NCBI GenBank assembly: GCA_965213625.1 | Contig: CBDBZU010000004.1 | Location: 2,407,356-2,471,355 of the forward strand | Length of the DNA stretch: 64,000 bases | Direction: 5' to 3' | Source: a bacterium | GTDB lineage: Bacteria; UBA8248 | In this document: positions 1 through 7,677 of the stretch, piece by piece | Layout: the number at the start of each line of letters is the position of its first letter | Position numbering within the stretch: the first letter of the stretch is position 1 | Notes under the pieces: model-generated | What the model saw: the letters and a program-made list of their open reading frames with translations, nothing else | What the model was told of the DNA's origin: nothing | Databases searched by the model: none | Program-made: the position numbers and the translations under genes

Positions 1-11
1 GGCGCTTATTC

Positions 12-992
12 GTGGGTATGAGCTTTAGTTTGCATTTGGTGCCGGATGACATCCGGGTCGTGGCGGAGCGTTCGAAATACGCCGAGGACAACGGTTTCGA
101 GCAGGTGTGGATTGCGGAGAGCCACCTCACCTGCCGGGATCACAACATCGCGCTCGCTCTGGCGATCGAGAAAACCTCGCATGTGAAAATCGGCCCCGGC
201 GTGACGAACCCGGTTCTCCATGACGACAGCGTCGCGGCGAGCGCCATCGCCACACTCGATGAGCTATCGGGCGGCCGGGTGCTGTTCGGCATCGGCTCGG
301 GCGACACGCCCGTCTATACACTGGGCAAGAAGATGGCCCGGCTCGCCCGGATGCGTGAATCCATCGCGGCCATACGCGCGTTTACGCGCGGCGAGACGGT
401 GGAATACGCCGAGGGCGTGAACGTGAACATGTGGTGTGAGCGGGATATCCCCATCTATACATCCGCCGAGGGCCCCAGGACGCTCTCCATGTCGGCCGAA
501 GTCGCGGACGGCGTCATCGTGGGTTCGGGCGTCTACCAGGAGACGGTGGACTGGGTGATGAAGTACCTGAACGAGGGGATGGCGAATCGCGACGCCTCGC
601 TGGGCGAGATGGACATTATTTTCGGCGCGGTCGTCTCGGTGGATACCGACAGCGTGCGCGCGCGCGAGAAGGTGCGGGCGCGGGTTGCGAACCGGGCGCA
701 CCATAATTTCCGCATGACGCTCGACTCGGTGCCCGACCAATACAAGCCCGAAATCAAACACCTTCTGGACAATTTCGACGTGAGCAACTGGCGTGACCCA
801 AAGCACGTGCCCCTCATCACCGACTACATCCTGGACCGTTTCACCATCACGGGAACGCCCGAGGAGTGTGTCGACCGCATTCAGGAGATCGAGTCCTACG
901 GGGTCAAGAGCATCATGATCGACCCCCCGAACCAGGATTTCGACGAATCTCTCAAAATGTTCACCGAAGAGGTTTTGCCCAAGTGCGTCTAA
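12..992 (+). CDS. LLM-class (luciferase-like) flavin/F420-dependent oxidoreductase
   Basis: 326-aa ORF. Blocks 'GFEQVWIAESH' and 'GRVLFGIGSGD' and the overall layout are typical of the bacterial luciferase-like monooxygenase fold. GTG at 12 or ATG at 18 are possible starts. Confidence 0.8.
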   Translation: MGMSFSLHLVPDDIRVVAERSKYAEDNGFEQVWIAESHLTCRDHNIALALAIEKTSHVKIGPGVTNPVLHDDSVAASAIATLDELSGGRVLFGIGSGDTPVYTLGKKMARLARMRESIAAIRAFTRGETVEYAEGVNVNMWCERDIPIYTSAEGPRTLSMSAEVADGVIVGSGVYQETVDWVMKYLNEGMANRDASLGEMDIIFGAVVSVDTDSVRAREKVRARVANRAHHNFRMTLDSVPDQYKPEIKHLLDNFDVSNWRDPKHVPLITDYILDRFTITGTPEECVDRIQEIESYGVKSIMIDPPNQDFDESLKMFTEEVLPKCV

Positions 993-1040
993 TCGCATAG
1001 TGGACATAATCGACCGCCTTTTTCATAAGAGGAACCCAAA

Positions 1041-1439
1041 ATGGCGCTGATTCCCGATTCTCATGCCGGCATTCTCGACACAAAGGCCCTCCTGTATCTG
1101 GGCACCCAGAACAAGGACGGCTCCCCCCAGGTCTCTCCCGTATGGTTCGGCACCAACGGCGACATCATCGAGGTCAATTCGGCCAAAGGCCGCCTGAAGG
1201 ACCTGAATATGCGCGCGCGCCCCAAGGTGTCGATGGCCATCGTCGACCCCGAAAACGCCTACAGGTGGGTGGGGTTACAGGGCACGGTGGTGGAGATCAC
1301 CGAAAACGGGGCGGAAGAGCACATCGACGCCCTGGCGAACAAGTATCTGGGCGTGGACAGCTATCCGAACCGACAGGCGGGGCAGGTGCGCGTCATCTAC
1401 CGCATCCGGGCGGACAAGGTGTTCACGATGGGCGCATAA
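1041..1439 (+). CDS. PPOX-class (pyridoxamine 5'-phosphate oxidase-like) probable F420-dependent enzyme
   Basis: 132-aa ORF. 'LGTQNKDGSPQVSPVWF...IEVNSAKGRLKDLNMRARPKVSMAIVDP' matches the split-barrel PPOX family. It sits between two LLM genes. Confidence 0.75.
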   Translation: MALIPDSHAGILDTKALLYLGTQNKDGSPQVSPVWFGTNGDIIEVNSAKGRLKDLNMRARPKVSMAIVDPENAYRWVGLQGTVVEITENGAEEHIDALANKYLGVDSYPNRQAGQVRVIYRIRADKVFTMGA

Positions 1440-1484
1440 GCCGCCCTGCGCACACGATATTTGTAAGTGATGGAGACCGGAAAG

Positions 1485-2540
1485 ATGAAGTTTTCGCTAT
1501 TCTATATTCCTGCATGTCAGGAGGGGGAGAGCTACAAACACGAGTTCGATCAGTTGATCGAACAATGCGAGGTGGCCGACGAACTCGGCTATGAGGCCGT
1601 GTTCCTGGCCGAGCACCACTTCTCCCGCGTGGGCATGTGCCCCGACGCCCTGATGGTCGCGCTCGCCATCGCGCAGAGAACCAGGAAGATACGGATCGGC
1701 ACCGCCATCTGCATCATGCCGTTCCATAACCCGGTGCGCCTGGCCGAACAGGCCGCCCTGGTCGACGTGCTGAGCGGCGGGCGTCTGGAGCTGGGCGTCG
1801 GGCGGGGTTCCCAGCCCAAGGAGTTTCAGGGCTTCAACATCTCGCCCAGTGAGAGCAGGGAGAAGATGCAGGAGGGCCTCGAGGTGATGACCCGCCTGCT
1901 GGAGGGGGAATGCCTCACCTTCCACGGGAAGCACTACAGCTGCATCGACGCGGAGATTTTCCCGAAACCCATACAGAAGCCGCGCCCTCCCATCTGGCTG
2001 GCCGGCACGAGTCCCGAAACCTACGTCTTCGCCGGCAAGAGGGGGTACAACATCATGGCGTCGGGCACCTTTAAGGGACCCGAGGTGTTTCTGGAGAAGA
2101 TGGCGCTCTTCCAGGAAACCGTGCGCAACCGGGGCGGCGACCCGAGTGTTTATCCCTCCCTCATGGCGCACCACGTCCACGTGTGCGACGACCCCGAGCA
2201 CGCCTGGAAGCAAATCGAACCCTCGGAATCGTGGTATCTCTCCTACCGCAGCGCGGTGAATTCCATCGAGATGCCGCTTGAGGAGAAAGAGGCGCTCAAG
2301 CGCAACTGGAGCTACGACGTCGACATCCGCCAGGTTATCGAGGGGGGCGGCGTCATCGGCCCGCCGGATAAAGTGATCGCCGATCTCAAGCGGCTCCAGG
2401 CGGAGTTCCAGGTGAATCACATCATGATCTTCGTGCTGCGCGGCATCGCACAGGACGAGGCGATTCAGTCGATAGAGCGGTTTGCGAAAGAGGTGATGCC
2501 CGCGTTCGCCGAAGAGCGCGCGGCGAGTTCAAGCGAATAA
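1485..2540 (+). CDS. LLM-class flavin-dependent oxidoreductase
   Basis: ORF 1467..2540. The ATG at 1485 (MKFSLFYIP) is preceded by GGAGA at 8 nt. 'AVFLAEHHF' and 'GGRLELGVGRG' are luciferase-like motifs. Confidence 0.8.
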   Translation: MKFSLFYIPACQEGESYKHEFDQLIEQCEVADELGYEAVFLAEHHFSRVGMCPDALMVALAIAQRTRKIRIGTAICIMPFHNPVRLAEQAALVDVLSGGRLELGVGRGSQPKEFQGFNISPSESREKMQEGLEVMTRLLEGECLTFHGKHYSCIDAEIFPKPIQKPRPPIWLAGTSPETYVFAGKRGYNIMASGTFKGPEVFLEKMALFQETVRNRGGDPSVYPSLMAHHVHVCDDPEHAWKQIEPSESWYLSYRSAVNSIEMPLEEKEALKRNWSYDVDIRQVIEGGGVIGPPDKVIADLKRLQAEFQVNHIMIFVLRGIAQDEAIQSIERFAKEVMPAFAEERAASSSE

Positions 2541-2564
2541 CATCGGTATCGAGGAGAACGGAGA

Positions 2565-3164
2565 ATGTGGATATCCCCATTAAGGCTGAATGACGCGCAA
2601 GAACCCGCACGCGGCATACTCGAGGGCATCCGGGCGAAACGGGGCGCCGTGCCCAAGCTGCTGCTCACGATGGCGCGGCGCCCTAAGGTGCTGAACGGAC
2701 GCCAGACGATGAACATGGCCGTCCACGGCGGCAATTCGACGCTGGGCCAGAGGCGCGAGGAGTTGATATCCTACTATGTCGCCACCATCGGCGGTTGCTA
2801 TGGCTGAACGATGAACCATGGCCAGGCTTTCCGTGCTGAAAGCGGCGACGACGTAACGCTGGCCGACGTGGCCACCGTGGTGATGGACAGGGACAATTCC
2901 CCGGTTCTCGACGATGCGGACAAGGCGATGCTCGCCTTCGCCGAAAAACTCACGTTCGACCACTACGCCATGAGCGAGGCGGACCTGGACGAGCTGCGCG
3001 AGGTGGGCTTCAGTGATGAGAACGTGCTGGACATCATAGGCTCCGTCTCGTACCGGAACATGAGCAACCGGCTGAATCTCGCGCTCGGCCTCGATGCCGT
3101 CGAACCAGAAGGCCCAGACGAGTTGATGGAGGTAGTGCGCTTCTCCCGGACTGCGCGGGCGTAA
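2565..3164 (+). CDS. AhpD-like / carboxymuconolactone decarboxylase-family protein with in-frame TGA (probable selenocysteine) at 2805-2807
   Basis: Track ORFs 2565..2807 and 2811..3164 are in the same frame and separated only by TGA-ACG. The joined protein reads ...ATIGG-C-Y-G-[TGA]-T-M-N-H..., which is the CMD/AhpD C-x-x-C-x-x-x-H active-site spacing with TGA at the second Cys. A hairpin lies 13 nt downstream. RBS GGAGA precedes the ATG at 2565. Confidence 0.7.
2821..2846 (+). promoter_or_regulatory. candidate bacterial SECIS hairpin
   Basis: GCUUUC(2826-2831)/GAAAGC(2838-2843) form a 6-bp stem with a 6-nt loop CGUGCU that contains GU. A lower 3-bp stem GCC/GGC carries a 2-nt bulge. The apical loop starts 24 nt after the UGA. 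Confidence 0.5.
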
Positions 3165-3283
3165 AAACGTACATCCATTTGCCGGCCGAGCAAGTCCGGG
3201 CCGGTGATTATCAGGCAATTGATTGCCACCGTTGATTTGCGGCCCGAAGCGGCCGCGAAACAAAGCAGAAAGGAAGAGATTCC

Positions 3284-4054
3284 ATGTCAGAGCTCACCAT
3301 CCGTCCGCTGAACTGCGGCACCATTCACACGGATTACTCCAATATGGTGTATTGGACGAACTTCGGGACGAAACTCGAGATTCCCTCGTTCATCTACATG
3401 ATCGAGGGGGCGAAGGACCACGACGGCAAGGACGTGAAGGTCGTGGTCGACACCAGTTTCCTGGACCCCGAGCGCGGCGGCGCCCCGTGGCCCGCGAGCC
3501 GGGAACCCGGCCAGGGCGTTCGCGAGCAGTTAGAGGGCGCGGGCTGGAAGCCCGAGGATGTGGACATCCTCATCCTCACGCACCTCCATTGGGACCATTC
3601 CCAGAACTGCGACCTGTTCACCAACGCCATCAAATACGTGTGGGCGGAGGAGCTTCAATACTCCATGTGCCCGGTCGCGCTGCAGTCGAAACCATACGAC
3701 GCGCCGATCCACCCCAACACGCGCTGGCCGGTGATCGCGCAGCAGGGCATCATCTTCGAGCCGATCTGGAAGGATAATTTCGAGATCGTGCCGGGCGTCA
3801 CCTACTTCCACACGCCAGGCCACACGCCGGGGCATTGCTCGGTGGCCGTCGAGACGCGCGTGGGAACGTACGTCATCGCCGCCGACGTGATCCAGATTAA
3901 CGAAGGCCTCGAGCGCCGCGTTCCCGCCGGCCAGATGTCGAGCATGCGCGACGCGATGGACTCCATCCATAAGTGCATCGAACGGGCCACGAAGGAGGAG
4001 TACATTCTGCCCGGCCATGAGATTTCGGTGCTGGAGAAGGAAGTCTACCCGTAG
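3284..4054 (+). CDS. MBL-fold metallo-hydrolase (lactonase-like)
   Basis: 256-aa ORF with the 'THLHWDH' HxHxDH zinc motif and later 'HTPGHTPGH'. Confidence 0.8.
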   Translation: MSELTIRPLNCGTIHTDYSNMVYWTNFGTKLEIPSFIYMIEGAKDHDGKDVKVVVDTSFLDPERGGAPWPASREPGQGVREQLEGAGWKPEDVDILILTHLHWDHSQNCDLFTNAIKYVWAEELQYSMCPVALQSKPYDAPIHPNTRWPVIAQQGIIFEPIWKDNFEIVPGVTYFHTPGHTPGHCSVAVETRVGTYVIAADVIQINEGLERRVPAGQMSSMRDAMDSIHKCIERATKEEYILPGHEISVLEKEVYP

Positions 4055-4108
4055 GAAGGGAAAATCCGGGCGCGGCGGCTGCGCGCCTTTGTTCAGGGAG
4101 GATTCACG

Positions 4109-4486
4109 ATGGCGATGAGCGAGCGGGGCAGGGCCTTGTACGAGGAGATGAAGGCGGCGCGCGGGTTTATCTACCCGGCGTATGAACTCCTGTGCGAGGT
4201 GGACCCCGAGTTATTGGAGAACTACGAGAACCTCAAGAACCACATCATGAAGAAACAGGGCCCCTTTCATGAGAAATACAAGGAGCTCTTCATCGCGGTG
4301 GCGAGCGCCTCGCGCAACCCCTCCGATTTAGAGAGCATTAAGAACCACCTGAAAAAAGCGCTGCAACTCGGCGCGACCGTCGAGGAGGCGACGGAGGCCC
4401 TCGAGTGCATGCTGCCCCCCTGCGGCATGACGGCGCTCGTGGCGGGCTGCACGCAGCTCAAAGAGGTGATCGACGAGGGATATTAG
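4109..4486 (+). CDS. carboxymuconolactone decarboxylase (CMD/AhpD-like) family protein
   Basis: 125-aa all-helical ORF with a CMD-like layout ('KELFIAVASASRN', 'GATVEEATEALE'). There is no CxxC motif. Confidence 0.6.
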   Translation: MAMSERGRALYEEMKAARGFIYPAYELLCEVDPELLENYENLKNHIMKKQGPFHEKYKELFIAVASASRNPSDLESIKNHLKKALQLGATVEEATEALECMLPPCGMTALVAGCTQLKEVIDEGY

Positions 4487-4507
4487 GGCAGGACTGGAAG
4501 CATTCGA

Positions 4508-4540
4508 CCGGGGGAGCCTGAAAACTCCCCCGGGTTTTTT
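4508..4540 (+). terminator. rho-independent terminator
   Basis: CCGGGGGAG-cctgaaaa-CTCCCCCGG followed by GTTTTTT, 22 nt after the stop at 4486. Confidence 0.75.
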
Positions 4541-4600
4541 GTTGTGTGAGGGATGCCTTGCGAGCATGGAGTGACAGCTCCTCCTCGGGGTTGTCCCACA

Positions 4601-4683
4601 GACCTGCGTGTCCGCCCTACAGGATCATTTATCTCATCGCCCCGTGATATGGCGAAGACAAAAATCGGGCGGACACGCAGGTC
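4601..4683. repeat. 17-bp perfect inverted repeat (GACCTGCGTGTCCGCCC / GGGCGGACACGCAGGTC) with ~49-bp spacer
   Basis: Read directly: 4601-4617 is the reverse complement of 4667-4683. Confidence 0.7.
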
Positions 4684-4833
4684 CGCCCCTACACCATCAT
4701 TTAGGTTCAAGGGCCACAGGGACAGGTCGCGATCTTGGACAGGCACAGGGGCCTGTCCCTGCCGGCTCTCCCTTTTGGGGCTGTTGAAAAGGCCCGGTAA
4801 GCGAATTTGGGTTGCGCGCATGCCCTTGAAGTT

Positions 4834-5057
4834 CACTCCCCCCTTGAGGGGGAGTCAGCGCGGCAAGGACAATGTCCGCCGCCGCGCTGGTGGGGGGTAA
4901 AACGCGTTTATTGCCATTTCGAATTATACCCCCCACCGAATCGCTTTCGGGCTTACGCCCTCAGCTCTTCGTCGGCTTTCCCCTCGGGAAGCCGACCCTC
5001 AAGGGGGGAGTGAATTTCCTATCTCATTGGATTGTAATGACTCTCAAGGGGGGAGTG
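4834..5057. repeat. palindromic repeat family C, copy 1 (CACTCCCCCCTTGAGGGGGAGTC ... CTCAAGGGGGGAGTG)
   Basis: It aligns along its length with 12471-12675. The terminal arms are reverse complements of each other. The centre 4889-4937 is bounded by GGTGGGGGGTA/TACCCCCCACC. Confidence 0.8.
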
Positions 5058-5176
5058 ATAAAAGCCTGCGCCAGACAACATCACAACACTAACCTGTCTC
5101 TTGTATTTCCTCCGGGAGTTGCGTGGTTATCATAAAAGATGTATATTATATATATAATATATGGGAGAAACACTCG

Positions 5177-5617
5177 ATGAGGCTGACCGTTCAGACAGAC
5201 TACGCTCTCAGGATGCTGATGCACCTGGCCTGCCGCGCCGATGCGCTGGTGACGATCCACGAGATTGCCGAGCGGTACGCGATATCGAAAAACCATCTGA
5301 TGAAGGTCGCGCACGGGCTGGGCCGCGCGGGGTTCATCGAAACGGTACGCGGCCGCAGCGGCGGACTCAGGCTCGCACGGCCGGCGGAGGAGATTCCCGT
5401 CGGAGCCGTGGCGAGACGAACGGAGCGCGCCAGCGTCCTCGTCGAATGCTTTCCGGGCGGCAACGGGGGGTGCCTGATTACGCCGCACTGCCGGCTCAAG
5501 AGCGTTCTGGAAGAAGCGCAGGAAGCCTTTTTCCGTGTTCTCGACCGCTATTCCGTCCACGACTTGGTGAAACGCAATCCCGCGCTGCTCGACTTGCTCG
5601 TTGGAGACGCCGCATGA
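5177..5617 (+). CDS. Rrf2-family transcriptional regulator (NsrR-like, Fe-S cluster type)
   Basis: 'MRLTVQTDYALRMLMHLA' is the Rrf2 winged-helix N-terminus. Three Cys in 'CFPGGNGGCLITPHC' fit an Fe-S ligand set. RBS GGGAGA is present. The stop overlaps the next start (ATGA). Confidence 0.85.
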   Translation: MRLTVQTDYALRMLMHLACRADALVTIHEIAERYAISKNHLMKVAHGLGRAGFIETVRGRSGGLRLARPAEEIPVGAVARRTERASVLVECFPGGNGGCLITPHCRLKSVLEEAQEAFFRVLDRYSVHDLVKRNPALLDLLVGDAA

Positions 5618-6063
5618 ACACGAATCATCTCAAAATCGTGGGAGAACGACGGGCCGGAATCCAGGCGAAAGCCGCCGCGATGGGGATCGATGAGGCGTAC
5701 GTCTCCGAACTCGTGAATACCTTCTACAGCCGCATCCGGGAAGACCGGCTCCTCGGGCCGATTTTCGATGAGGCCATTGGCGACAGATGGGGGCTTCATC
5801 TCGAGAAGATGAAGGATTTCTGGGCGACGGTGGCCTTGGGCGCCGGGCGCTACTCGGGAGAACCGATACCGGCCCACAAGAAACTCGTGGAAGTCCGGCC
5901 CCGGCATTTCGACGACTGGCTCGAACTGTTCGAGGAAACCCTGAAGGACACGGCGCCGACGCCGGAGGCTGTCGCCTATTTCATGGGGCACGCCAGGCAG
6001 ATAGGGCGAGGGCTGCAGATCGCGATGTTCGGCGCATCAGGTCTCGGGAGGGCAGGCGCATGA
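5614..6063 (+). CDS. group III truncated haemoglobin
   Basis: The internal ATG of track ORF 5161..6063 is the start. 'FYSRIREDRLLGPIFDEAIG...W..H..KMKDFWATV..G...Y.G.P...H' closely resembles Ctb-type trHbIII. Confidence 0.8.
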   Translation: MNTNHLKIVGERRAGIQAKAAAMGIDEAYVSELVNTFYSRIREDRLLGPIFDEAIGDRWGLHLEKMKDFWATVALGAGRYSGEPIPAHKKLVEVRPRHFDDWLELFEETLKDTAPTPEAVAYFMGHARQIGRGLQIAMFGASGLGRAGA

Positions 6064-6353
6064 GCGAGAGCATTCCTGAAGGATTCGTCAAATACTACGA
6101 AAGCATAATCTTCACCGAGGCGACCGTACCCGAAAAACTTCTGACCCTGCACGATACGAAACCGGGCGTCTGGGCGCGAATCGTGGTTCTCGAGGGCAGC
6201 CTCGACTATGTCATCCCGGGTGCGCCCGAGCGGAACCGCCGCCTGGATACCGGAGATGTCGGTATTATCCGGCCCACTGAGGCGCACCGCGTGGAACTCC
6301 TCGGAATGGTGCGGTTCCAGGTGGAGTTTTACCGGCCCGAGGAAGAGGGCTAG
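6060..6353 (+). CDS. DUF1971 domain protein (TehB C-terminal-like)
   Basis: 97 aa beginning MSESIPEGFVKY. 'LHDTKPGVWARIVVLEGSL' is the typical DUF1971 block. It overlaps the trHb stop (ATGA). Confidence 0.7.
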   Translation: MSESIPEGFVKYYESIIFTEATVPEKLLTLHDTKPGVWARIVVLEGSLDYVIPGAPERNRRLDTGDVGIIRPTEAHRVELLGMVRFQVEFYRPEEEG

Positions 6354-6396
6354 CAGGGGCGGCGCGTGAACCGCCCTTACAGACCCAACCCTTCAC

Positions 6397-7602
6397 TCAC
6401 CCGTTGCAATGCGCCACTGTGGCGGTGGCGAACATGCCGGCGGCATCGACGAGGTTCTGAGCGGGCACGCGCTCGTTCGGCAGATGGGCCTCCGAGATGA
6501 ACTCGCCGGGGCCGAAGAAAACGCCCGGAACCCCGTTCTCGATGAAGAGCCTGAGCGCGCCCGGAGACTCGATACCGGGCAGGAATTCGTTCGGCGTCCC
6601 CCGCACGGCGGGGACGACTCGCTCCATGAGCTGCACGACGGGCTCATCCTCGGCGATTTCCGTGACTTCGCGCGCGCCGCTCGGCATGATCTCCACCGAC
6701 GCGTCGAATTCGGGGTCGTCCGCCGCGAGTTCTGCGAGAATACCCTCGAGCTTCTCCTTGACGCCCGCTGAGGTCTGTCCGGGCAGCATGCGCACGTCGA
6801 AGGTGGCGCTGCAGCGACCGCCCACGACGTTCACCGCGGAACCCCCGTTGATGGTGGAGAAAGCCAGCGTGCCCGGACCCAGGAAAGGATGCGGCGGAGG
6901 CGCGATGCGTTCTGCCTTGAAGGCGTCGATGATTTTCGCCATCTTCTCGATGGCGTTGACGCCCTTATCGGGCACGCTTACGTGGACGGAGCGGCCCTGC
7001 ACCTTGACCTCGAAGAACACCCGCCCCTTGAAGGAGCGGATGATGTTGTTGCCCGTCGATTCGGTGTAGAGCACCATGTCGCCGCCCAGTTCCCTGAAAA
7101 CGCCGTTGTTCACGAGTGATTGCGCGCCGTAGTAATCGCCCTTCTCGCCGTCCGATAGCAGGACCCAGGTGAGGGTGCCGTTTATGGTGATGTTCTCATC
7201 CTTGAGCGCTTTCAGCGCGCCGATGGTCGAGGCCAGCGCGCCCTTCATATCGGCGGCGCCGCGCCCCCAGATTTCGCCGTTTTTGAGTTCGCCGCTGAAG
7301 GGGGGAACCTCCCATGCGTCCACTTCTTCTGGGTGGACGGGCACGGTGTCCATGTGGCCGCCGATGACGAAGTGACCGCCCGGGCCGCCGTCTCCCGTGC
7401 GGATGATGAAGTTGGGCATCCCCGACTCGTATTCGTAGGTGGTGATATCACCTGCGCCGATGGCTTTGAGCTCCGCGAGGATGCGCTCGGCCATGTCGGA
7501 GCAGTCGCCGGGCGGGTTTTCCGCGGGTATGCGAATCAAATCCTGCGCGAGACTGACGACGTAGTCCCCATCCACGGGAACGGGGGTGATGGCGTTACTC
7601 AT
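6397..7602 (-). CDS. M20-family metallopeptidase (ArgE/DapE/ACY1-like)
   Basis: 'GGHMDTVP' and 'GRGAADMKG' motifs. The ATG at 7602 has AAGGAG 6 nt upstream. Confidence 0.85.
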   Translation of the reverse strand: MSNAITPVPVDGDYVVSLAQDLIRIPAENPPGDCSDMAERILAELKAIGAGDITTYEYESGMPNFIIRTGDGGPGGHFVIGGHMDTVPVHPEEVDAWEVPPFSGELKNGEIWGRGAADMKGALASTIGALKALKDENITINGTLTWVLLSDGEKGDYYGAQSLVNNGVFRELGGDMVLYTESTGNNIIRSFKGRVFFEVKVQGRSVHVSVPDKGVNAIEKMAKIIDAFKAERIAPPPHPFLGPGTLAFSTINGGSAVNVVGGRCSATFDVRMLPGQTSAGVKEKLEGILAELAADDPEFDASVEIMPSGAREVTEIAEDEPVVQLMERVVPAVRGTPNEFLPGIESPGALRLFIENGVPGVFFGPGEFISEAHLPNERVPAQNLVDAAGMFATATVAHCNG

Positions 7603-7677
7603 GAAAAACTCCTTTCCAATCGAAAAATTCATTCACACAAAGCTCCGAGGGACGAGAATGTCCGCCCGGGTCGCAAT

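Noticed and set aside
264-1007. Long antisense or overlapping ORFs throughout the track, for example 264..1007(-), 1497..2420(-), 2580..3263(-), 7333..8289(+), 8886..9830(+), 12722..13657(-), 20724..22196(+), 22953..24467(-), 26343..27506(+), 33136..34539(-), 34436..35911(-), 41309..43294(+), 44768..46009(-), 48696..49736(-), 54920..55666(-), 56799..57818(-), 57760..58965(+), 59317..60402(-), 61198..62646(-) and 62447..63436(-).
   Set aside because: Each lies opposite or out of frame to a gene with clear family motifs. Their translations are Arg/Ala/Gly/Pro/His-rich with no recognisable domains, which is the usual consequence of stop-codon scarcity in high-GC DNA.
2565-3164. Annotating 2565..2807 and 2811..3164 as two independent small CMD-like genes.
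   Set aside because: The break falls exactly at the second Cys of the catalytic CxxCxxxH motif, both parts share a frame, neither half is a complete CMD domain, and a SECIS-like hairpin follows. A single UGA-containing gene is more parsimonious, although the ATG at 2811 means translational restart cannot be fully excluded.
4553-5135. ORFs across repeat regions, namely 4483..4836(-), 4553..4900(+), 4697..4936(-), 4872..5135(+), 9709..9930(-), 9968..10285(-), 12268..12589(-), 12527..12730(+) and 14290..15036(+).
   Set aside because: They are translations of palindromic repeat elements. The same peptide-like strings recur at other copies in either orientation, they lack an RBS, and they overlap each other.
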